Source: a virus. From it: a stretch of 64,000 nt of DNA. Below the pieces are notes generated by a model, which was not told where the DNA came from, ran no database searches, and was given only the letters and a program-made list of their open reading frames with translations. Positions 48,804 to 56,717 of this stretch are shown here, piece after piece. Position 1 is the stretch's first letter. Each line of letters begins with the position of its first letter. The translations under genes were made by a program, and so were the position numbers. The DNA lies in IMG/VR virus record IMGVR_UViG_3300049847_000435, positions 22,103-86,102 of that record, one strand, 5' to 3'.

Positions 48804-49616
48804 TTACCTTTGAACCATGTACAGCAATAGGCTGGCGATGCCAACCGCGGCAATGAATGATGCTCCAAATATAGCCCACAAAAGCGCTTTATTATCCCTC
48901 TGTGGTGTTGCGTGCTCTGCCCGAAAAATGGTGAGCATCGGCTTTATTTCGTTCCTGACGCTCTCTTCGATGTCGGCAACCCTCGCCTCTAGTATCGCAT
49001 GGCGTTGGATGATTCCGATCTCACCTAGTCTCCCGCCGCCGATTGATCGCTCCAACGCGTCGAGTCTCTGTACAACTTCGTCGCCGCGTCTCACGATTAC
49101 GTTTTTACCTGGCAGGTAGCGAAACCTTGACCCTGTCGGGTCTACCCTGTCCCTTGCCTCTTTGTAGGAGTGCGTCTCGCTTGAGCCCAGAACTGAGTAG
49201 AACATCTCGGAAAAGTCAATCGCATCGTCATTTTCGATAGCCGAAATGGTGAAGATGCAATCTGACTCGCATCGGCTGGCGATGAGTTCGGCGACCTTTT
49301 CAGAGGAACACGTGTTGAAAAAGACGAGTTCTGGCTTCCCTGTCTGGATATACATCACGATCATATCCAGCGGGATGATCTCATTACTCGCAACAAAGCC
49401 ATCTTCGCACAAGTGCCCCGCAAAGTGGATGATATTGAAAGGTTTTTCGTCAAGGATTGCGCGCAGGATGTCTTGTCTGCGCACCGGCTCGGATAGTTCG
49501 CGTGTTGAGTTGTGCGCCGCAATTGCAACAACTTCGCGCTGCAATTGCGGCAATGGCTCAAAGCCAGGCACATCCGTTATCGAGACCTTGACGATCAACA
49601 CTCTCAAGCTTTCCAT
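48804..49616 (-). CDS. CHAT (caspase-like) domain protein with coiled coil and C-terminal TM
   Basis: LPQLQRE, IIHFAGH, LVFFNTC (His-Cys dyad), AIDFSEMFY. Confidence 0.75.
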   Translation of the reverse strand: MESLRVLIVKVSITDVPGFEPLPQLQREVVAIAAHNSTRELSEPVRRQDILRAILDEKPFNIIHFAGHLCEDGFVASNEIIPLDMIVMYIQTGKPELVFFNTCSSEKVAELIASRCESDCIFTISAIENDDAIDFSEMFYSVLGSSETHSYKEARDRVDPTGSRFRYLPGKNVIVRRGDEVVQRLDALERSIGGGRLGEIGIIQRHAILEARVADIEESVRNEIKPMLTIFRAEHATPQRDNKALLWAIFGASFIAAVGIASLLLYMVQR

Positions 49617-49748
49617 ACATCTCCCCGACTATTATTAATGGCAGACAAAATCTTAAAGGCTCGTCGAAGAGTTCTCCGCGGTAAAGCGAATTTGTATGTT
49701 TATCTCCATCCTTCGTCAATGCTATTTAGCGAGAAACCGACTACGGAC

Positions 49749-50093
49749 TCAGTCTTTGGTTTTGCTTTCCCGTAGAAGTGCTTGTCCTACCGCAACTACT
49801 TGTTCGTTTCCAGACAACGCAACGCGGCACTCGTGATAATAAGCGCCAGCGGGCAAGGAGAGCGAGTCGACTTTAGCGATGGTGATGCGAACTACGTCGT
49901 TCACACCAGACCCGTTCACTAGAGTCGCCCCGCTCCCCGTGCCCTTCGTCAGTAGACGGGCACTAGATGACCATAGTCCCCATTCCACCGTGGCGCCGGT
50001 AAGGTTTTTAGGGGCACCCTCGTCGGTTACGTAGAAGTCTACTTGCTCATCTTCGCCTTGATAGAATGTGAAGTTTTGCTTTTCTGACGCCAT
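49749..50093 (-). CDS. virion-associated Ig/BppU-like small protein
   Basis: FYQGED...NLTGATV...LPAGAYYHE pattern. Confidence 0.6.
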   Translation of the reverse strand: MASEKQNFTFYQGEDEQVDFYVTDEGAPKNLTGATVEWGLWSSSARLLTKGTGSGATLVNGSGVNDVVRITIAKVDSLSLPAGAYYHECRVALSGNEQVVAVGQALLRESKTKD

Positions 50094-50167
50094 TACTGCA
50101 CCTCGTTATTTCTCGATCTTAACACTTTTGAATTTACATACGACTTGACATTTGATATAATTAGCCT

Positions 50168-50743
50168 ATGGCAAACAAACGAACGGAGTTAATCACAAAG
50201 CAGTGCTTGGCATGTGGAAATGATTTTAATACATGTCCACCTGGGAAATCTAGCCGTATATGCAGAGCTAAGTACGATCAAGTTTTCTGCTCCAACGCTT
50301 GCAGTTGTAAATCCAGATACAGAAGCGGTATTGACTGTAACGGATTATCAGAAGTAGATGCCGCATACATTGCCGGTTTTCTTGATGGTGAAGGATCGAT
50401 AATGATAATCGGTAGAGCCGACGCATTTATGATACGTGTTTCATTCGCCAACACTAAACGGAATGTATTGGAATGGATTAGAGAGAAGACGGGTGCAGGG
50501 AATATCACTGAAAAATCCAGAGATAATCCGAATCACGCTACTTCGTATATTCTTCTAATCAATTCAAATGCGGCATTCACCCTACTTCAAAAGATTTCAA
50601 AATATCTTATCATCAAGAAGATTCAGTCCGAACTTGCTATCGATTTCTTTGGCAAACTGCGCACCCCCAGACTTAAGTCGGATAGGGAGTGGCAGTCTAC
50701 CGAAAGAGACAGAATGAAAGAACTGAATCGACGTGGCGGGTAA
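50168..50743 (+). CDS. free-standing LAGLIDADG homing endonuclease with N-terminal Zn finger
   Basis: AYIAGFLDGEGSI, YLIIKK.Q; CLAC/FCSNAC; antisense to the late operon, TTGACA...ATAAT upstream. Confidence 0.88.
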   Translation: MANKRTELITKQCLACGNDFNTCPPGKSSRICRAKYDQVFCSNACSCKSRYRSGIDCNGLSEVDAAYIAGFLDGEGSIMIIGRADAFMIRVSFANTKRNVLEWIREKTGAGNITEKSRDNPNHATSYILLINSNAAFTLLQKISKYLIIKKIQSELAIDFFGKLRTPRLKSDREWQSTERDRMKELNRRGG

Positions 50744-50746
50744 ATT

Positions 50747-51609
50747 CTAGCCACCACTCGTAAACGTGAGATCGTAGGTAAACTGTCGTTCTGTTACCAC
50801 CCATTCGGGCGGGCTGGTCATTTCTGCCAGCCTCTTACAGTTCGTTTCCTGTAAGTCCAGACTATCGCACCACCCCATAGGGTGTTTCCCCGCTTAGTCG
50901 TTCAGGCTGCACAGGCTTGCACCTTGCTTGCCCCCTGTTGGCATCACAGCTTCCAAGTCAATCAGAGGAAATTATTCGATGCGGATTACGCCGCAAAGCC
51001 ACAAAAGTTTATGGAATCAGCCGAAGCTACGTTAATCGCAGAGAACAAAGAACGATCCAATAATGTCCCACCGCCCGTCGCCGCTTGGCTAAAGATGCCA
51101 TGCTCGGTGATGGCAGCAGATGCATCAAAAGTCACGGTGCCGACCGAACGCAGAATGTTTGCGGACGGCTGCGTCTTCGTCCCTGTTGCACGCGTATTGT
51201 CGGGATTTAATGCGGTTGTGCTTTCCGTAACAAGCGCAGTTTGCGCCGCCGATTCAGCAGTGCCACCCGTGCCCACTCCATGATAGTTCAGAGTTGTAAT
51301 GTCTGTCGTGCTATTGTCCATATCATCAACAATAAAAGCCACGCCAGCATCGGTCACGACTCGGTAACAGACCGTGCCGTAATCGATCCACTCGCCATTT
51401 GCCTTTCGCACACGGATTGACAATGACGATACGACGGTTGGAATCTCTGTCAGGCGAGAAAAAGCCCACGCCAAATGCCAAAAAAGCCAACCCTTGATAA
51501 ATCCCCATCGTGCTACATTTCTCAACTTCCACGCCAGGGGAGCATCCGTCACTCCTTTGATTAGTTTTGCGCTGAGTGAACCACCTAAGCTGCTCGTACC
51601 ACCTACCAT
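50747..51609 (-). CDS. virion-module protein split by a group I intron (exon 1 51609-51011, exon 2 50786-50747)
   Basis: Splicing joins ...ASADS-I-QFTYDLTFTSGG*, a natural ending after AITEHGIF...TLLDRSLFSAINV. Confidence 0.85.
50787..51010 (-). ncRNA. group I self-splicing intron (224 nt, no ORF)
   Basis: 5' exon ends in U paired to G in P1 (CCAU/GUGG), P3 UUUCCUC/GGGGAAA, P7 GACUA/UAGUC, terminal G. Confidence 0.85.
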
Positions 51610-51630
51610 AAAACCTCCAGAACTGAATTG

Positions 51631-54189
51631 TCACAATTCGCCATCAAGTTTCTTAGTGGACGAGAATAGCCCACTAAGAATACTTTTAGAATCGTGAAAC
51701 TTACCAATAAGTGTGGTTTTCGCCCACGACCCCGACAATTTTGCCTTTCCGATAAACGTACCCAAACCAGAGAACAATCCAACGAGAATCGCCGACGTAG
51801 AGACGTATCCAGACAGGCGCATTGAAACGCTTTTATTGATAGCGCCACCAGTAGAAATCACCCCACTAAGAGCGCGCATAAAAACCCTAATTAACAGAAG
51901 TCCGCCAGCGATGGAGATATTGGCGGATAGCGACCGTATAGCCATCCTCGCTTGATCGCCAGACGAATTAATCAAACCCGCGAAAGTAGTAACTGTTCGC
52001 TTCACTACACTTCCACTCGTGACAATACTGGCAGATAATCCGCTCGCGGTACTTTTCGTTATCGATCCAGTCGTTCCAATTAATCCAGATAGCAGAACGA
52101 GGATAGAGCGAATTGCATTTAAAACGCCAGAGGTAGAGACGGAACCGACCAGTGCTCTTCTTACCTGTTTAACGATTGTCGCCGTTAGTGCAATTGATGC
52201 GGTCAACGTGGTAGCCATTCGCTTAACTACCGCGCCACTCGTAGCAACTGAACCGCTCAACAGCCGCACAAAAACACGAATAGCTGATACAGTTGCCGAT
52301 GATGTGATTGAGCCAAGTAACGATTTGTATATTTGCTTGATTACCGTGCCACTTGCTGCGACCGTGCCACTGAGCGAGCGAGCAAAGCTAATCGTTCTCG
52401 ACAACGCTCCGCCTGTGGCAATCGTCGCCGCCAAACTACGCCATGTTTGTTTTACAACCGTGCCGCCTGTTGTAACCGTGCCACTGAGTGAGCGTAAAAA
52501 TGTCTTTAGCGCCGCCGCCGTGCCACTCGTAGTAATCGAACCGCTAAGAGTTCTCGCTAACAGCTTTATAGCTGTGCCACTGGTAGCAATTGAACCTTGC
52601 AATGCTCGATATGTAGAGCGTGTTAGTGCCCCCGATGTCGTTGCTGTGCCTGCCAGTAATTTAATAAATGTGCGAACAGCGGAAAGCGCACCACTGGTAG
52701 AAATAGAGCCACCAAGCACCTTCAATGTAGCCTTGATAAGCGATGCGCTTGTTGCTAGTGACGCCGCAAGCCCCTTTCGTGTGCTTTTGATTAATGCGCC
52801 TGCGGTAGTAGCTGTACCCGATAAAATCCTAGCTATAACTCTCTGTAACGATCCAGCCAATGCAACTGTACCGCCGACTACTTTCAGCGCCGATCTGGTA
52901 ATTGATGCGCTTGTTGTGACTGTACCTGTAACAGATTTTCTAGCCATGCGAACAAGCGAACCGCTTGACGTAATCCCACCCGATACCAAGCGTCCAAACT
53001 GCCTGAGAGCCGTACCGCTTGTTGTAATTGCACCACTTAACAGCTTAGAGGTAGATTTTATGACGGTTGCCGTTGGCGTTAATGAGCCAGCGATAGCCTT
53101 TCCCGCTCTACGAACCAGCGCACCGCCTGACGACAGCGAACCGGAAACCACTTTCAATGTTCGTATCGTTGCTGCGCCACTGCTCGCTATGGAACCGGAT
53201 AGCGAGCGAATAACCAGTCTCAATCCAGACAATGTTGCTGCTGATGTAATCGAACCAGACAATGAACGAAGCGTCCTTTTCAACAAAGCTCCGCTGGTTG
53301 TGGAGGTTCCCGATAATGCACGTGATATTGATTTAATCAGCGCCCCGCCTGTTGTCGCAGTGCCGGATAAGGAACGATAAATCGCCTTAATCAATCCACC
53401 GGCGGGAGTCATCCCGCCGGTCTTGGATGTTGATGTTTGTTTTACTGGTACGCCAGCAGGAGTCATACCAGCAGTTTTAGATGTCGATGTTTTCTTGACG
53501 GGAGCGCCAGCGGGAGTCATTCCGCCTGATAAAGATAGTAGATTCGCATTACTACCGCTCGCCAACATCGGCAATAAGTAAGGCGACCATGCAATAGGTG
53601 GGCTAGATTCCTCCCACCCAACTGTACCTGTTGCCGTCCAGAGATTCATCGTTCCCGAATCGATCAGATGGTCGCCTGGATTGCCAGCGTGCCATGACAG
53701 CAAATCTACAGTATTGATTGGTACAACGAATTGCATTTCGGCTGTGATGTCATCAGCATTCATCGCTTTATTGAAGACTTTGAAAGCTTCGCCATAAGCG
53801 CTAACATTTTCGCCGTCGTTTGTATTTCCGATAAACAACTTTTGTGCTGCCGCTGTGCCTGACGGATTGCCAGTGACTACAAGCTGACCATTCAGCCAAC
53901 CTTCCATCTGTCCAGCACCGGAGCCACGGCATACTAATGCCATGTGATACCAGCGACCTACTACTAGGTTGAATGATGCCGAAGCACTGCCCGAACTAAA
54001 CACCTTAAAATTTAATGCAGTGTTCGTGTATAGTTCAATGTATGCGCCGGTCGTGTTACCGAAGCTGAAAAAAGCACCGTTCGCCCCAGGGGTAGCGGGC
54101 AACATGAACCATCCCATCATCGTAAAATTGTAGATGGCTGGTAAATTTGTTGTTCTGCTTAGACTGGATGAACTGAATCTGTATGCCAT
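51631..54189 (-). CDS. LamG/concanavalin-like domain + long basic ~20-aa repeat protein
   Basis: FTMMGWF..WYHMALV..WLNGQ; repeats (K/R)xLSG(S/T)xxTSGxL. Confidence 0.75.
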   Translation of the reverse strand: MAYRFSSSSLSRTTNLPAIYNFTMMGWFMLPATPGANGAFFSFGNTTGAYIELYTNTALNFKVFSSGSASASFNLVVGRWYHMALVCRGSGAGQMEGWLNGQLVVTGNPSGTAAAQKLFIGNTNDGENVSAYGEAFKVFNKAMNADDITAEMQFVVPINTVDLLSWHAGNPGDHLIDSGTMNLWTATGTVGWEESSPPIAWSPYLLPMLASGSNANLLSLSGGMTPAGAPVKKTSTSKTAGMTPAGVPVKQTSTSKTGGMTPAGGLIKAIYRSLSGTATTGGALIKSISRALSGTSTTSGALLKRTLRSLSGSITSAATLSGLRLVIRSLSGSIASSGAATIRTLKVVSGSLSSGGALVRRAGKAIAGSLTPTATVIKSTSKLLSGAITTSGTALRQFGRLVSGGITSSGSLVRMARKSVTGTVTTSASITRSALKVVGGTVALAGSLQRVIARILSGTATTAGALIKSTRKGLAASLATSASLIKATLKVLGGSISTSGALSAVRTFIKLLAGTATTSGALTRSTYRALQGSIATSGTAIKLLARTLSGSITTSGTAAALKTFLRSLSGTVTTGGTVVKQTWRSLAATIATGGALSRTISFARSLSGTVAASGTVIKQIYKSLLGSITSSATVSAIRVFVRLLSGSVATSGAVVKRMATTLTASIALTATIVKQVRRALVGSVSTSGVLNAIRSILVLLSGLIGTTGSITKSTASGLSASIVTSGSVVKRTVTTFAGLINSSGDQARMAIRSLSANISIAGGLLLIRVFMRALSGVISTGGAINKSVSMRLSGYVSTSAILVGLFSGLGTFIGKAKLSGSWAKTTLIGKFHDSKSILSGLFSSTKKLDGEL

Positions 54190-54193
54190 TTAG

Positions 54194-54652
54194 CTATACA
54201 CTTTGTCGTTGGTATGCTACCATTTTCAATGTACTTCCCGACGCCGGAAATGCCTGCCCGCTATTATTGATTAGCAATGCTTTCCACTTAACAGGCGGAA
54301 GATACAGTGTGCCACGTGCGCCAATGCCACCAAGATTTAAACGCTGCAATGTCGTGACCGCTTGTAATGGAAACGAACCGACATAACTCGTCGATTGCCC
54401 GTATCCACTCGCTCCTGTTACGGTTGTACTATAGTTAGTTCCGTCAGTGGTCGGAATGACATACAGATCAACCGTTTTTCCAGCCGTGGGAGATGTTCCA
54501 AATGTTACCGTTAGCTCAAACAGCCCAAACAGATACAAATTTGTTGCATTGTCGTACTCAACACCTAATGCACTAGAGCCGTTAGCAAGTGAGTTTAATT
54601 CTGTAGTTGCCAGCGATGTAATAGTCGCCGCTAACCATTTTTCTGTTGACAT
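54194..54652 (-). CDS. virion-module hypothetical protein
   Basis: GGAG RBS; beta-rich. Confidence 0.65.
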   Translation of the reverse strand: MSTEKWLAATITSLATTELNSLANGSSALGVEYDNATNLYLFGLFELTVTFGTSPTAGKTVDLYVIPTTDGTNYSTTVTGASGYGQSTSYVGSFPLQAVTTLQRLNLGGIGARGTLYLPPVKWKALLINNSGQAFPASGSTLKMVAYQRQSV

Positions 54653-54661
54653 TTTTATCTC

Positions 54662-56188
54662 CTACTTAATCTCAATCCAGCTAGCCGACTCACCCGCCGG
54701 AGTCGTATCGAAATAACGTGCGCCGTTTGTTGTTACCCCATCACCCCAATTGCGCACGCCTGAGATAAATCCTTCCTTCATATCGTAGATGTAAGTACCA
54801 GGCTCCAAGTTACTGATTTCAAGCGGCACGCATTCCACGCCCTCCCCTGTGCAATTCGTCACGATGCGTCCTGCCCGATCTGTGTATCCTCGGTAGTTGA
54901 CCACACCATTGACGGCTAGATTCGCCGGAATATCGAAGGCGACTGCATACACGTACACTGCATCGCCAGTAGCGTTACAATTCCCAAGCGGACAAACGAA
55001 TTTAAATGTCTTATCGGCTGGATCGTAGTAAGCTGCCGCATTGTAGGTGCGTAGATTCATGTGTAATAGTCGATTCGCTGCTCCGAGCCGATTACCTAGT
55101 GCCATCGTGCGATCTGCGCTCAGATTTTCCCAGACCATCTTATCGCCAGACGTATTCTGACAAGTGACATTTCGGCAGAGATAGCCATTTGCTAGATTAG
55201 AATCCGCTTTTGCCTTAACTGTAAATGCCCAATATGGCGGGTTGTGTCGTTGATAGTCCCACACCGCCGCCGATGGGCAAGCAGGGCGATTGCTTCCGAG
55301 TGGCTCTACGCACAACTCTTTGTATGGTGCATGTGCATCGCCGGTGTCGTTGAGTCCACCCGTTCGCAGAATACCGCATCGAGTGTAGTCTCGATTGCAG
55401 CCTTCCACCTCCGCACTAAAGCTATGGAATCTTCCCGTCCCTTCCCGCACGGCATGATCTACATGCGCTACGATGCGGAAAGAACGAATACATTTTCGTG
55501 CCGATGTCGGTAGATATAAATAATTCTGCTGTTCGCACGGTAAATCAACCGCCGTGTTGATGTGATAGCCAGTGTGTTTGAGTAGATTTTCGTTCGTAGT
55601 CTGCCAAACATAGCCTAGCTGCTGGCCGTTAAATGCTTCAAGTGAACCGTATGTCATGGCCGTTCCGCTAATCACGTAATCCGCCATTCCGTTTGGGTTA
55701 CTGCCGTGCTCGTGATCGTAGTGGCAGCCCAATACGGAATTCCACAATGGATGCCAAAATGCAGCATCATGCGTTGTGCATTTTGGAGCGCCGACGTATG
55801 GTGAAATCATCGTAATGGGTGTAGCTGTTGGTGTGATGGTTGCCGTAGGCTTTATAGTTGCCGTAGGCGTCAATGTTAATGTAGCCGTTGGCGTAACAGT
55901 ATTTGTATTTGTTGGGACTACAGTCGCCGTATCGGTAGGTGTTATCGTTGCGGTAGCCACGACTGAGGAATTACAGGAGAGCGTGTAATTAGGCATCGTC
56001 CCCGAAACGATAGCGATACCATCGCAAAATACGGGCAACGTATCACCCGCCTGCATACTCACGCCATTAATAGCCGGAGCCGCCATCGGCGCCGGTGATG
56101 GTGTTGGCTCCCTCGAACATCCAACAAAGGTAAATAGTAGCGCAATCAATAATCCAAGTTTTCGCATTTTAATCCTGTTCAAAAACAA
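54662..56188 (-). CDS. secreted or lipoprotein-like protein with Thr/Pro linker and Cys/His-rich domain
   Basis: Lipobox-like FVGC, (TPTAT)n, GCHYDHEHG. Confidence 0.7.
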   Translation of the reverse strand: MFLNRIKMRKLGLLIALLFTFVGCSREPTPSPAPMAAPAINGVSMQAGDTLPVFCDGIAIVSGTMPNYTLSCNSSVVATATITPTDTATVVPTNTNTVTPTATLTLTPTATIKPTATITPTATPITMISPYVGAPKCTTHDAAFWHPLWNSVLGCHYDHEHGSNPNGMADYVISGTAMTYGSLEAFNGQQLGYVWQTTNENLLKHTGYHINTAVDLPCEQQNYLYLPTSARKCIRSFRIVAHVDHAVREGTGRFHSFSAEVEGCNRDYTRCGILRTGGLNDTGDAHAPYKELCVEPLGSNRPACPSAAVWDYQRHNPPYWAFTVKAKADSNLANGYLCRNVTCQNTSGDKMVWENLSADRTMALGNRLGAANRLLHMNLRTYNAAAYYDPADKTFKFVCPLGNCNATGDAVYVYAVAFDIPANLAVNGVVNYRGYTDRAGRIVTNCTGEGVECVPLEISNLEPGTYIYDMKEGFISGVRNWGDGVTTNGARYFDTTPAGESASWIEIK

Positions 56189-56191
56189 CTA

Positions 56192-56557
56192 TTATCCACC
56201 TGATATTGAAGGCAAAAATACCCGATACGGTAAATCATTTGTCCAGATCGATAACCTATTGCCGTCTTTATCCTGAGTCCAAACGTAAACCTTTGGACTA
56301 TTCAAACCGCAACACATCAGAACGCTACGCCAACCAACGCCACTCGGCTGAAAATCCACTTGCTTACCATTACCGAAACCATCAAGCGAGGCATAGACAT
56401 AAACCGGCTTCGGCTCGTTAACCGAAACAACTAGCGTCATGTACGGCGATTTACTGTCATCCTCTCGAATGTGAGATTTAACCTCAGCTATTAACGACTG
56501 TGCCTTCGCCGTCAACGGTAGTAGCATCAGCATCAGAATGATTACTAATCTCTTCAT
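56192..56557 (-). CDS. secreted small protein with C-terminal VFLP motif
   Basis: Signal peptide AKA-Q; ends YRVFLPSISGG. Confidence 0.65.
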   Translation of the reverse strand: MKRLVIILMLMLLPLTAKAQSLIAEVKSHIREDDSKSPYMTLVVSVNEPKPVYVYASLDGFGNGKQVDFQPSGVGWRSVLMCCGLNSPKVYVWTQDKDGNRLSIWTNDLPYRVFLPSISGG

Positions 56558-56717
56558 TGCGTTCTCCTTCAGCCTTAATTAGCACTTCTATCATTTGGAT
56601 TGCTCCGATTTGTCGCTGTTTTTGACGTAGTAATTCGCCAATATTTTCTTCGATTTTTTGCATTCCTAGCTGCAATTGCTCGTGTTGTTGCTGTAAAAAA
56701 TGTATATCCATAGTCAC
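56484..56717 (-). CDS. coiled-coil protein (tail-fibre chaperone-like)
   Basis: Follows the fibre gene; heptad Q/L pattern. Confidence 0.5.
   Translation of the reverse strand: MTMDIHFLQQQHEQLQLGMQKIEENIGELLRQKQRQIGAIQMIEVLIKAEGERNEEISNHSDADATTVDGEGTVVNS

Noticed and set aside
50986-51010. ORF-track C-terminus NFCGFAA* of the 50986-51609 ORF
   Set aside because: Read-through into the intron; the spliced exon 2 gives a more plausible end
52019-53380. 453-aa plus-strand ORF
   Set aside because: Antisense shadow of the low-complexity repeat gene; no RBS or motifs
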